62,978 bases of DNA, filler included, from Octopus bimaculoides (GCF_001194135.2; 4 parts of 4 records of this genome joined end to end with filler, not necessarily neighbours in it), one strand, 5' to 3'; counted from the first letter of the whole stretch, positions 25,278-37,936 are shown. Translations and numbers: made by a program. The notes: generated by a model from the letters alone, not told the origin.

Positions 25278-28199
25278 NNNNNNNNNNNNNNNNNNNNNNN
25301 NNNNNNNNNNNNNNNNNNNNNGTTAATTTCACGAGCAGGCTGTTCCGTTGATCGGCTCAACTGGAACCCTCTACGTCGTAAGCGACGGAGTGCCTACACA
25401 GAAATATAAGAGTTCTTTATAATTTCCACGATTACTAGATCCTTCAGATTCAAAATGACCCCGAAATGATAATTCCTGACAACCTAAAAAAATAACTTCA
25501 TCGATCAATCGTTGCAGACTGGAGCTGTTTCGTCTATCTATGTCTGTTTGTCTTGTCTATCTGCCTGTGTATCTATCAATTTATCTATCTAGTGAGAATT
25601 TACAAAACAAAAGAAAAAACAAACAAATAAACAAAAGACGAAGNNNNNNNNNNNNNNNNNNNNNNNNNNNNNNNNNNNNNNNNNNNNNNNNNNNNNNNNN
25701 NNNNNNNNNNNNNNNNNNNNNNNNNNNNNNNNNNNNNNNNNNNNNNNNNNNNNNNNNNNNNNNNNNNNNNNNNNNNNNNNNNNNNNNNNNNNNNNNNNNN
25801 NNNNNNNNNNNNNNNNNNNNNNNNNNNNNNNNNNNNNNNNNNNNNNNNNNNNNNNNNNNNNNNNNNNNNNNNNNNNNNNNNNNTGGGTTGCACATTAACG
25901 ATGTGAAGCAGCACCCTTTAAAACATTCGTAGAAATAGGCATGAGTGGATTCTGTTTTGGTTACCTTACACTTTATTTTTTAAATTTCTACTCTAGTATT
26001 NNNNNNNNNNNNNNNNNNNNNNNNNNNNNNNNNNNNNNNNNNNNNNNNNNNNNNNNNNNNNNNNNNNNNNNNNNNNNNNNNNNNNNNNNNNNNNNNNNNN
26101 NNNNNNNNNNNNNNNNNNNNNNNNNNNNNNNNNNNNNNNNNNNNNNNNNNNNNNNNNNNNNNNNNNNNNNNNNNNNNNNNNNNNNNNNNNNNNNNNNNNN
26201 NNNNNNNNNNNNNNNNNNNNNNNNNNNNNNNNNNNNNNNNNNNNNNNNNNNNNNNNNNNNNNNNNNNNNNNNNNNNNNNNNNNNNNNNNNNNNNNNNNNN
26301 NNNNNNNNNNNNNNNNNNNNNNNNNNNNNNNNNNNNNNNNNNNNNNNNNNNNNNNNNNNNNNNNNNNNNNNNNNNNNNNNNNNNNNNNNNNNNNNNNNNN
26401 NNNNNNNNNNNNNNNNNNNNNNNNNNNNNNNNNNNNNNNNNNNNNNNNNNNNNNNNNNNNNNNNNNNNNNNNNNNNNNNNNNNNNNNNNNNNNNNNNNNN
26501 NNNNNNNNNNNNNNNNNNNNNNNNNNNNNNNNNNNNNNNNNNNNNNNNNNNNNNNNNNNNNNNNNNNNNNNNNNNNNNNNNNNNNNNNNNNNNNNNNNNN
26601 NNNNNNNNNNNNNNNNNNNNNNNNNNNNNNNNNNNNNNNNNNNNNNNNNNNNNNNNNNNNNNNNNNNNNNNNNNNNNNNNNNNNNNNNNNNNNNNNNNNN
26701 NNNNNNNNNNNNNNNNNNNNNNNNNNNNNNNNNNNNNNNNNNNNNNNNNNNNNNNNNNNNNNNNNNNNNNNNNNNNNNNNNNNNNNNNNNNNNNNNNNNN
26801 NNNNNNNNNNNNNNNNNNNNNNNNNNNNNNNNNNNNNNNNNNNNNNNNNNNNNNNNNNNNNNNCTTCTCACTCCTCACTCACCCTCTCCAGTCCACTGCT
26901 CCACCCTATTTATATTCACCTTCCGTACCCTGAGTGTGTTCCGAGCACATCATCACCATCTTCTCTCTCTCTCTCCCTCTCTCTGGCAGATTTTCTGATG
27001 CTTCTTTCCCCATCCAAACACAAAAAGTCAAAAACCTGTAAAGTTAAGATAAATGAAGCAAGTATTATTGATAATCTTTCTGTAATCAATATCGATTATA
27101 GAGTTATCATTTTCATATTCTCCGAACAACAATCGTATTGTTTAAAAATGAAACCTGCCCTTTCCAGTTCAATAACACAAAACTTNNNNNNNNNNNNNNN
27201 NNNNNNNNNNNNNNNNNNNNNNNNNNNNNNNNNNNNNNNNNNNNNNNNNNNNNNNNNNNNNNNNNNNNNNNNNNNNNNNNNNNNNNNNNNNNNNNNNNNN
27301 NNNNNNNNNNNNNNNNNNNNNNNNNNNNNNNNNNNNNNNNNNNNNNNNNNNNNNNNNNNNNNNNNNNNNNNNNNNNNNNNNNNNNNNNNNNNNNNNNNNN
27401 NNNNNNNNNNNNNNNNNNNNNNNNNNNNNNNNNNNNNNNNNNNNNNNNNNNNNNNNNNNNNNNNNNNNNNNNNNNNNNNNNNNNNNNNNNNNNNNNNNNN
27501 NNNNNNNNNNNNNNNNNNNNNNNNNNNNNNNNNNNNNNNNNNNNNNNNNNNNNNNNNNNNNNNNNNNNNNNNNNNNNNNNNNNNNNNNNNNNNNNNNNNN
27601 NNNNNNNNNNNNNNNNNNNNNNNNNNNNNNNNNNNNNNNNNNNNNNNNNNNNNNNNNNNNNNNNNNNNNNNNNNNNNNNNNNNNNNNNNNNNNNNNNNNN
27701 NNNNNNNNNNNNNNNNNNNNNNNNNNNNNNNNNNNNNNNNNNNNNNNNNNNNNNNATATACTTAGAGTAGATTTTGAGATTATAATAAACCATAACTCAT
27801 TACCAGGGGGTGATTATTGAGACTTACTATTGTAATTTAATTAATTCAACTCTGTTTNNNNNNNNNNNNNNNNNNNNNNNNNNNNNNNNNNNNNNNNNNN
27901 NNNNNNNNNNNNNNNNNNNNNNNNNNNNNNNNNNNNNNNNNNNNNNNNNNNNNNNNNNNNNNNNNNNNNNNNNNNNNNNNNNNNNNNNNNNNNNNNNNNN
28001 NNNNNNNNNNNNNNNNTCACATATATCTTCTTTTAGAGATCAAACTTTTCAAACCCTCACTACAGACCCTGGGCATTTTACTGTTCTTTCATTCTAAACT
28101 TAAATATACCCAGGTATTGCAACATACACCCAGGTATCCCCAACACATTTGCACACCTTTCAATAAATCTGAGGGTAGTTCTTTCCTCTCAACCCCTAT

Positions 28200-28760
28200 C
28201 CTTCTTTTTAAATAAAATTTTAAAACGCCAATGAAAGCTTGGCTGAAGAGGGAAGCGTTTGTCTACAGTCCCGCTCACCACCAAACCACCTTCAAAATAG
28301 CTGGCGCCAGACTGATCTTCCCAATGGAGCCAGATCCCTCTTACATGCAACAGAAGCCATTCGATATAACTCCAGAAGTGAGCAATGCTCGGGTGAGGTA
28401 CGGTCGTCACAATGTNNNNNNNNNNTAACTCCAGAAGTGAGCAATGCTCGGGTGAGGTACGGTCGTCACAATGTGCTCAGCTCGGCCAGTCCCGGCTAAG
28501 AGCACTAACATGTCTGTAGAGTCTATTTCAAACTAGCAATGCCATCCAATGGCATTGCTAGATCAGGGATTCTTAGAAATCATCCAGAGGTCCTAGATCG
28601 AAAGTCCTCCGTGAGAGATCAATCTATTCTTTCTCAGATTCGTGGTCGTTGTTGTTGCTCTCATCCGCCACTAATTCTACTAGGAGACCATGGTGATACT
28701 CCCTCCGACCCATTATTCGAATGGCAGAGGACTGTGGGCACTTGACAACACTTTAGGGAT
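28200..28760 (-). mobile_element. Tx1/L1-clade LINE 3' ORF2 relic
   Basis: The minus strand reads TFDLGPLDDF*ESLI*QCHWMALLV*NRLYRHVSALSRDWPS, then PSIAHFWSYIEWLLLHV. This resembles the C-terminal region around the Cys-knuckle of Tx1-like ORF2. Multiple stops. Confidence 0.5.
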
Positions 28761-31334
28761 CATTTAAGTTTTGACGCTGAATTCGAATTTGTTATTCATT
28801 TATTCCAGAAAAATTTTGNNNNNNNNNNTTTGACGCTGAATTCGAATTTGTTATTCATTTATTCCAGAAAAATTTTGCTAAAATGTTACAGGTATTCAAC
28901 GTTTGATAATTTTCAGAATTTCCAACCACGTTCGCTGCCTCTTCCCTCATCAGGGGTGGGCATCGGCGTATCAATACATTAAGCTAGCTACACGAGCAAA
29001 TTTAATATTTAAAAGCTACGAACAAACAAACCAACAAGAGTTGCAAGAAATAACAGTCAGAACATTGTTTAAAACAGACATTTATTAGTTAAAATATTCA
29101 AGAAAGAAAGTTTGCAATACACTCTAGGATGTTATAATCTCGTTCTATACCTGATTCAGGATTGTTGCTTTATCAGGGGACGAGCTGTAGAAAAGTGAAT
29201 TTGATAAACGGTGGCCAATATGTACCAGGGGGCTAACTCTCATTAGACAGCTGATATTGATACCTTTAACACCTTGTTCCCAAATAAAANNNNNNNNNNG
29301 AAAGAGAAAGAAGTCCTCATTGAAGCGAGACAACATAGGCTGTCGTTCTACAAGTGCCTCACAATTCGATAACACCCCGACCTCGCTGAATTCCCTTGCT
29401 CTTGATATATATTCGATGTCCTGCCATATATCATGAAGGCAAACTCTAACAAAACTCTTGTAGTGATATATGTGTTTCTAGCAGTTGCGGCTGGAATTTT
29501 AAGAGTTGGGGGGCACAAGATCTGCCCTTCTCCGCTCGATTTTGCTACATNNNNNNNNNNNNNNNNNNNNNNNNNNNNNNNNNNNNNNNNNNNNNNNNNN
29601 NNNNNNNNNNNNNNNNNNNNNNNNNNNNNNNNNNNNNNNNNNNNNNNNNNNNNNNNNNNNNNNNNNNNNNNNNNNNNNNNNNNNNNNNNNNNNNNNNNNN
29701 NNNNNNNNNNNNNNNNNNNNNNNNNNNNNNNNNNNNNNNNNNNNNNNNNNNNNNNNNNNNNNNNNNNNNNNNNNNNNNNNNNNNNNNNNNNNNNNNNNNN
29801 NNNNNNNNNNNNNNNNNNNNNNNNNNNNNNNNNNNNNNNNNNNNNNNNNNNNNNNNNNNNNNNNNNNNNNNNNNNNNNNNNNNNNNNNNNNNNNNNNNNN
29901 NNNNNNNNNNNNNNNNNNNNNNNNNNNNNNNNNNNNNNNNNNNNNNNNNNNNNNNNNNNNNNNNNNNNNNNNNNNNNNNNNNNNNNNNNNNNNNNNNNNN
30001 NNNNNNNNNNNNNNNNNNNNNNNNNNNNNNNNNNNNNNNNNNNNNNNNNNNNNNNNNNNNNNNNNNNNNNNNNNNNNNNNNNNNNNNNNNNNNNNNNNNN
30101 NNNNNNNNNNNNNNNNNNNNNNNNNNNNNNNNNNNNNNNNNNNNNNNNNNNNNNNNNNNNNNNNNNNNNNNNNNNNNNNNNNNNNNNNNNNNNNNNNNNN
30201 NNNNNNNNNNNNNNNNNNNNNNNNNNNNNNNNNNNNNNNNNNNNNNNNNNNNNNNNNNNNNNNNNNNNNNNNNNNNNNNNNNNNNNNNNNNNNNNNNNNN
30301 NNNNNNNNNNNNNNNNNNNNNNNNNNNNNNNNNNNNNNNNNNNNNNNNNNNNNNNNNNNNNNNNNNNNNNNNNNNNNNNNNNNNNNNNNNNNNNNNNNNN
30401 NNNNNNNNNNNNNNNNNNNNNNNNNNNNNNNNNNNNNNNNNNNNNNNNNNNNNNNNNNNNNNNNNNNNNNNNNNNNNNAGATCAGTTGATTGATATTGCT
30501 TCTGTGTGATTATGTTTATTCATGTATCCGTACTGCGTGGATCGGATAAAGTGATAGAGATATTATAGTATACAGTATATANNNNNNNNNNNNNNNNNNN
30601 NNNNNNNNNNNNNNNNNNNNNNNNNNNNNNNNNNNNNNNNNNNNNNNNNNNNNNNNNNNNNNNNNAAAAGAAAGAAGTCCCTGTGCATTGATTTGTTTTG
30701 GTGGGGGTTAAAGTATAGCACAGCTATAACACCAATAGCACAAGAAGGGTTGAGACAACCAGAAACAGAGGGATTTTATCATTTACTCTTTTTTTACGAC
30801 TTTACAATAACCTAGAAGGAAGTTGCTACTGGAATTAGGGAACCCTTGGCACCCCCTGTGGTTAAGATGCTAATTAGTCCTTANNNNNNNNNNGGTACAA
30901 TAACAGTGACTACTATTAAGCGTCACAACAGATATGGGATCACTAGTGGTTTCTTCAAAACCCTGAAATATTTGTATCGTGGGTCCCACTACCGGATAAA
31001 GTTTCAAGTCATATCCACACCCAATACACACACTAGAGAATAGAGAGAGTGTGTATATATATATATGTATATACATACACATATAATTATATATTTGCAT
31101 ACTAGCAAACGCACCTGTCCTTTGGACGGTTTAAGTTGCTTTGGTGGTANNNNNNNNNNAGCAAACGCACCTGTCCTTTGGACGGTTTAAGTTGCTTTGG
31201 TGGTATTTTCTCACTTTGTTCCAGTTGTCACCTGAGCTCAGCGAGCCGTTTGCTCAGTAGTATCTACCATAAAGTAAGTTTGAAGGAATCAGTGTTCNNN
31301 NNNNNNNGTTGTTGACAGGAAGAATAGAGTCTAT

Positions 31335-31585
31335 CAAATGATAGGTTTGGCTCTGAATTTTGAACGTTGGTTTATAGGAGTTTTCATGAATGGGTTTCTG
31401 ACCGAAACTTGACATCTGGAAGGCAGAGTTAGAAACGCGAATTTTCTGTATAGATTGCTNNNNNNNNNNGACATCTGGAAGGCAGAGTTAGAAACGCGAA
31501 TTTTCTGTATAGATTGCTGCCAATCAGAGTGTTGACTAATGAGTAAAGAGAGCTTACTTCCGCTGTTTACAGCAGTACCCGGAAG
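31335..31585 (-). mobile_element. Helitron Rep/helicase N-terminal fragment
   Basis: SLLISQHSDWQQSIQKIRVSNSAFQMSSFG...YKPTFKIQSQTYHLI matches the Helitron motifs IRxYNSxFQMTSFG and PTFKIQGQxYH. Confidence 0.65.
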
Positions 31586-31691
31586 GAAGGTATGTNNNNN
31601 NNNNNNNNNNNNNNNNNNNNNNNNNNNNNNNNNNNNNNNNNNNNNNNNNNNNNNNNNNNNNNNNNNNNNNNNNNNNNNNNNNNNNNNNNNN

Positions 31692-31920
31692 GCCAAGTTT
31701 GTGCCAAAACTGCTTTCAGCTGACCAAAAAGACACTCGGGTCTCAGTTGCACAAGATCTTCTTGACTGTGACGAGAACGATGAAAACTTTTTGTAAACTT
31801 TGCGTAGGTCTCTGAGCAGGCATCTCCAAGCTTTTGGCAAACTTTCATGCAGTTTCCCTGTTCAACTCCTTTTGCTATGATTAATGCGACGATCACACGC
31901 TACACACCATCCTTCCAAGC
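31692..31920. mobile_element. Two mariner transposase fragments in opposite orientation
   Basis: The plus strand gives AKFVPKLLSADQKDTRVSVAQDLLD (WVPxxL region). The minus strand gives EQGNCMKVCQKLGDACSETYAK (mariner N-terminal EQRxxIKF...ETY region). Confidence 0.65.
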
Positions 31921-32089
31921 ACTGCTGTAAATAGCAGAAGNNNNNNNNNNACTAGAACGTTAAAACGTAGTGCGCTGCAAAGCAGAGATCAGGAGGTCAT
32001 TATGTGCTAAGCGGCTTTACACTGCATGCTTTAGCATTGTTACTATGGCAACAGTGCGGATACTTATTGATCAGACATCGTGTGCATAT

Positions 32090-32740
32090 TTTCTTTTACT
32101 CTTTTACTTGTTTCAGTCGTTTGACTGTGGCCATGCNNNNNNNNNNNNNNNNNNNNNNNNNNNNNNNNNNNNNNNNNNNNNNNNNNNNNNNNNNNNNNNN
32201 NNNNNNNNNNNNNNNNNNNNNNNNNNNNNNNNNNNNNNNNNNNNNNNNNNNNNNNNNNNNNNNNNNNNNNNNNNNNNNNNNNNNNNNNNNNNNNNNNNNN
32301 NNNNNNNNNNNNNNNNNNNNNNNNNNNNNNNNNNNNNNNNNNNNNNNNNNNNNNNNNNNNNNNNNNNTCTATCGATCTCTTTTGCCGAACCGCTAAGTTA
32401 CGGGGACGTAAACACATTAACATCGGTGTGAAGCGATGGTGGGGGGACAAACACAGATACACAAACACACACACATATATNNNNNNNNNNCGATGGTGGG
32501 GGGACAAACACAGATACACAAACACACACACATATATATACGACAGGCTTCTTTCAGTTTCCGACTAACAAATCCACTCACAAGGCTTTGATCGTACCGG
32601 GGCTATAGTAGAAGATACTTACCCAAGGTGCCACGCAGTGGGACTGAACCNNNNNNNNNNGCTATAGTAGAAGATACTTACCCAAGGTGCCACGCAGTGG
32701 GACTGAACCCAGACCATGCAGTTGGGAAGCAAGCTTCTTT
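32090..32740 (-). mobile_element. SINE family C copy broken by gaps
   Basis: Matches 19620-20131 in reverse. Confidence 0.7.
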
Positions 32741-33355
32741 ATTTCATAAAAAATTCGCCATACGGCGTTACATAGNNNNNNNNNNCCATACGGCGTTACA
32801 TAGAGGGGACAAACAAAGACAGACAAACAAAAAAGCTATGGGCTGGACGCGGACATTAATGAATGAAGATGAATACACAAGAAAGAATGNNNNNNNNNNG
32901 ACATTAATGAATGAAGATGAATACACAAGAAAGAATGAAAATGGGAGAGACACCAGCGCCCGTCGACTGATAACCTCTCTAAAACTTTGTCCAATACAAG
33001 TCGGTCAAATTTANNNNNNNNNNNNNNNNNNNNNATGTTCTTCCTCTTTATATGAAGCAACAAGCCTCTTATAAATGTTCATATAATTCACTGGGGCTTT
33101 TAGTCTCCCCATATCTGCAACCTCTTTTCACTAACGCCCACGCCCTCTCTAGGCNNNNNNNNNNNNNNNNNNNNNNNNNNNNNNNNNNNNNNNNNNNNTT
33201 AATTAATTAANNNNNNNNNNNNNNNNNNNNNNNNNNNNNNNNNNNNNNNNNNNNCAATAGCTGCAAGTTCACTTCTGGTATTTGTTTTTGCATGCAGAAT
33301 GCTTCCCTGATATATTTCCGTCAGTCGATTTAATACAATTAACTTGGTATATCTG

Positions 33356-33361
33356 TTTATT
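33356..33361 (-). terminator. Candidate polyadenylation signal AATAAA of the Delta-like gene
   Basis: It lies about 130 nt after the predicted stop at 33494, on the same strand. Confidence 0.4.
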
Positions 33362-33493
33362 GCTTTTATGAGTTGTATTCTTATTCAAAGCAGCAAGACA
33401 ATTTTAAAGTTCAATGGAGGCAAATTTTTCCAGCAATATTCAAATGAAAGGTTTATACGTGCAATAAACAAAAACAATTTGAATTAGTCGTTT

Positions 33494-33570
33494 TCAGAGG
33501 CTGGAAGAAGGTAATGACCGTCTAAGCAGCCTGGTTTCGAGAACATCAGGAATTTTTCGAAATTTTAGAA
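33494..33570 (-). CDS. Delta-like gene, predicted terminal exon (VLKFRKIPDVLETRLLRRSLPSSSL*)
   Basis: Pyrimidine-rich acceptor tttttcttcatgaatttcttatacag. Phase 1 matches the upstream donor, followed by an in-frame TGA and a downstream AATAAA. No homology evidence. Confidence 0.55.
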
Positions 33571-33844
33571 CTGTATAAGAAATTCATGAAGAAAAATCTA
33601 AATTTCGAATATCTGAATATTAAAGTTATTAAAGGTTTTAAAATAGTTAAATGTATTGAAATTATGTTTGATAGTATTTAGTATTTTATGACAAGATAGA
33701 AACAAGAAATTGTATATTATAATCAATGTCCATAAAGGCATAAATGACCTAAGTAAAGTGAAAAGGCGGTCGCTAGGAATCAGAATCGAAGTAAGGATAC
33801 GGTTCATTAGTGCAAATTATGTAACATTAAACAAACATGCTTAC

Positions 33845-34744
33845 CTTCACAATATTTTCCTGTAAAGTTAAGTGTGCATTGGCAACGGAATTGGTTGGCA
33901 TTTTGGATGCAGGTTCCTCCGTTAAGACAAGGGCGAGACGGACAATACGGGTTTGGAATACGTTCAGTACAAATAGTGCCAGACCATCCATTAAGACAAT
34001 TACAAATGAAGCCATATGGTCCTAATCTGCTACACTGGCCGTTATTTTGGCAAGGATTTGGGGTGCATGGATTGGTTCGAATGCCGCATGTCTGTCCAGT
34101 CCATCCTTGTCGACAATTACAAATAAAGCTGTTTCCGTTAGGACAGCACAGTCCACCGTTCAAACAGGGGTTACTCGAACAAGATCTAATGATATTCTGA
34201 CAGTTTTTACCGGTCCATCCTTGGTTACACACACAAACGTAGTTAAAATTGTTTTGTACAAGACATTGGCCATTATTATAGCATGGTCTTGAAGCGCAAG
34301 GATCTCTTTTCGAACAATCTCGACCACCAAATCCTTGAAGACAGTGGCATATTCTTGTGTTTCCATTACAAGTTCCTCCATTTTGACATTCTGGATAACA
34401 AGAGAACTCAATTGGGAACTGGCACCTATCTCCGGAAAAGCCATGTTGACATAGGCATGTGATTCGATCGTTTACCATCTGACATCTTCCACTATTTTGA
34501 CAAGGTGCGGATTGACAGGAATTAGAGGGAATTTCACATCGTGTACCAGTAAATCCAGGTTGGCAATAACATTTCGCAGCAAAGTTAGTTATAGCACATC
34601 GGCCACCATTTAGGCAAGTCACCGAGCGACATTTATCTGAAAATTGACAACGATTACCATAAAAGTTAGGAAGACATTGGCACATAAATGAGGTACCTGC
34701 ATTCGAACATGTACCACCGTTCATACAAGGTGCTGGCAAACATG
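33845..34744 (-). CDS. Delta-like gene, 900-nt exon encoding EGF repeats 3-10
   Basis: Open frame with eight CxxxPCxNxGxC...CxCxxG(F/W/Y)xGxxC units. Acceptor gttctttcag, donor G|gtaagc, phase 1-1. Confidence 0.95.
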
Positions 34745-35983
34745 CTGAAAGAACTAGATTCAAAAGAAAATAAGATAAATTAACAGAATAAATCTACTTG
34801 ATTTGCTATTTAATAAAACAACATTCACTAAATCCATAAATGCCTTACTAAAGTACAAACGCAGATAAGATTCAGTTTTGTAAATAAGATAATATTGTGT
34901 GTGTTTTTCATTTTGTTCTAAATTACAACTTGGTTGCAATGCTAGCACACTTAAAACGTCTTATAACTAATTATAACTATGGCAGACCTGTTTCCTACAC
35001 TATTATCGTTATTGAGTAAAAATCACTATCCGATCAGTATGATTGATTTACAATTACTAATTTAGCCTACAGGNNNNNNNNNNAAATTGATATACGATGT
35101 GGTATTCAATGCAATTACGAATATAGGCTTTATTTGTTGATAGAAATTTGGTTATGTGTGATCCAGATATCACTCAGTATGGAATGTGTCTCCCATATCT
35201 ATGTTGGATACCATTAATCTCTGACTTCTTTGGATGCTTCTAGATGTATTTCAGTTTATTAGAAATCTTCAAATCTAACCGCTGGCTAGTTCGTTTTTAG
35301 CTGAAATAATGAAATTCTTAACTTGCAAGATGAATCTTCTTCCTCACATCTCCGAGTTGCACACGTGTCATACTTATGTGTTCCACTCGAAGTACGAGCT
35401 GTACTGTATATTTTTATTATTATTTTTATGATTTGTATATATTTATTTTATAAATGCATTTATGTTGTAAATGCAAAACAACATCACGGAGGAATCGACG
35501 TAAGCTTAAATAATAAACTGTAATAGGTGAACCGCGATATGGCGAGAGATTACTGTATTAGCAACCTCCTTTATCTTCTCGTCTGAGAAGACCGTATCGC
35601 TTACAGACTTCGTCTTCCAACAAAATAAAGAGACAGGTCACTCATTCTTATGTGGCTTTATATTTGAAGAATGAAAATGATTTTAGTAGAAAGATATTAT
35701 TAAAAAGTCTAACATATTTCTAATTTGAAATTGAAAAAAATTCATTTTGTATATTTAATAGCTGAAATAACTTACGTTGACGATAGAATCAACTGAATGC
35801 AGTATATGCTTTTCTTTTTTTTTCTTTTTGATATTTTGTTAGACATATATTCACAGACCGTTGATATTTCTAAGTTTACCATGGAACTTGATGACTAAAT
35901 TGTTTGCAATACTTACGTTTGCTGAAATGCTTGCATTACTTTTTATAGCGATGTAAATTCAAATAGAAATTCATGTTTCTTAC

Positions 35984-36100
35984 CATTCCTACTACATCTG
36001 GGTCCAGTATAACCATATGGACATCTGCAGTAATAGCCATTAATTTCGTCGACGCACGTGCCACCATTTAGACAAGGAGCCTGTCTGCATTCGTCGATGC
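35984..36100 (-). CDS. Delta-like gene, EGF2 exon (calcium-binding type)
   Basis: [39 protein letters not shown], with IDEC and CxDxxxxYxC motifs. Acceptor tttattttag, donor G|gtaaga, 117 nt, phase 1-1. Confidence 0.93.
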
Positions 36101-36791
36101 CTAAAATAAATCAATATTAACCCATTTTTTCACTTCGTTAATTTTTGAAAACTCATTCCAGTTTAGAACATCACAGGTATTGCAATATCATGCATATTTA
36201 ATAGTTTGTTTCTTTTATGGACTAGTATTAATACCTTGTCGAAGCAGTTAAATCTAACCTGTTTAAATAACAGTAAATTGTTCGACATTTAAATGCATAT
36301 CTACTTCTAAATGTTTACTTCCATTTATTTTAACGTATTAATTATCCACTCATATCTACATGTTATTAATCAATCTAGAACAAGCTATTAACTTTCAACT
36401 AGAGTAATAACGTAACAACTCAGCTATGATAAGCTTTTGAACTTTCACTTACAACGAATTATTATTGTCCATTTAAGCAAATGACCGAAATAATCTACAA
36501 GCATTATTTGGAATATTTTTGAGGAGATAAATAACACACCAGCAGGTGGAATACATGTAGAACCAGACGACATGTAATATTAAATATCTAATGTATATAG
36601 AAGTGCAAATCTGAGCGTACATATGTTAAAGATGTCCACGATAAAAAGAGTATTCTATGAAATAGATTCAATTAACAACATTATTATACCTAAAATAAAA
36701 TAGACATTGATAGTTTCGCGAGTGTTACAATTTAACAGTGTCTCGAATTCCTACAAATAAAGTTTACGAGTGAATAGAAAAAAGTAAATAC

Positions 36792-36902
36792 CTTGATTAC
36801 AATATTTTCCTGTGTATTGCGGGTGGCAGAAGCATTTAAACGTAGAGCCAATTCGGTCACAAGTCGCATTGTTTTTGCAGGGAGCACTGCGACATGGATC
36901 AT
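36792..36902 (-). CDS. Delta-like gene, EGF1 exon
   Basis: DDPCRSAPCKNNATCDRIGSTFKCFCHPQYTGKYCNQ. Acceptor ttttcag, donor G|gtattt, 111 nt, phase 1-1. Confidence 0.92.
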
Positions 36903-37636
36903 CTGAAAAAGTGATGGCAATACATGTCATTTACACATATATTTTCTTTCTATTTATTTAAATGATGAAATTCGATAAAATGAAAATGAATCAACTTCAT
37001 TAATTACAGCAATGTATTTACAATCTCACAAAAAGTGAATTTGTATATATTATTACAGACGTTTATATGCTTTCAATGGAATTGAGCTGTTGCCAATCGA
37101 GTCCATTCCGTGTCAGTCTACAGTTGAAGGTGTCACAACTTCATTTATTATCACTAATGATGCACTGAGAACAATGACAAAAATATTTAACTATCGTTCA
37201 TTTAAATGCTTCACTGTAAATAGGTATTATGTAGCAGTGTAGTTTTCTGTTGTAAGGAGCAGGAGCCCTGTATAACAGGAAATGTTCTATTTGCTTGCAA
37301 TCATGTGCGTATGTCGTGACTACAGCTCAGACAGACGTTTTTTTTTAAACAGTAGTTAATACATCCTTGATTAATGCAACAGTCATAAATAATTAAGGTA
37401 TTTATGGTGGTAAAAAATTGATTGGATGACTGATTTTCGATGACTCAGTTTTAGATCACCGGGAATCTAAAGTGTGAGTGAGCAAATTCGATATAATCGA
37501 AGTGCTAGCTAACCCCATAGAAAATCCAAGGCCGAAATTGGTCCACATTTTATTGGATCCAGGAAGCCAAAGGGAGAACTGATCTAGGCAGGATTTGAAT
37601 TCATGATGTAAAGAGACAGAAATAATATACACGTAC

Positions 37637-37781
37637 CATTAATATTACATAATGGACCAGAGAAACCAGGTTTGCAGACTTTTTGACCGTTAACATCACA
37701 TTGAAATCTCGTTTGCTCGGTGATAGGAATATAACACCTTGTTATGCAGTTCGGACCATAATAACCTTGGCTGCAATAGCT
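37637..37781 (-). CDS. Delta-like gene, DSL-domain exon
   Basis: SYCSQGYYGPNCITRCYIPITEQTRFQCDVNGQKVCKPGFSGPLCNIN has the DSL six-Cys spacing with YYG, G-x-K-x-C and GF-x-G-x-x-C. Acceptor ttttatttcag, donor G|gtacgt, phase 0-1. Confidence 0.9.
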
Positions 37782-37936
37782 CTGAAATAAAACAATAACA
37801 AGGACATTCTAAGACTTTAGAAAATTGAACAGTTAAAGATGATTTCCGATATTTTGATCCCAAAGAGACTGTTTTAAAAGTATAAACGTTTGTGGCTTTG
37901 GTGCACGAGTTTTTAATAATTGGCATGGTATAAGGT

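Noticed and set aside
28368-32930. Apparent 30-50-bp tandem duplications either side of 10-N gaps
   Set aside because: This is the pattern of unmerged overlapping contig ends, an assembly artifact.
33494-33505. C-terminal SSL as a class I PDZ-binding motif
   Set aside because: It is meaningless without a TM segment and easily arises by chance in a Ser-rich tail.
33807-34763. Calling the EGF ORF Notch, fibropellin, Crumbs or mussel foot protein-2
   Set aside because: The upstream phase-compatible MNNL and DSL exons define a ligand-family architecture. No LNR, ankyrin, CUB or laminin-G exon was seen. No gene symbol is given because orthology is untested.
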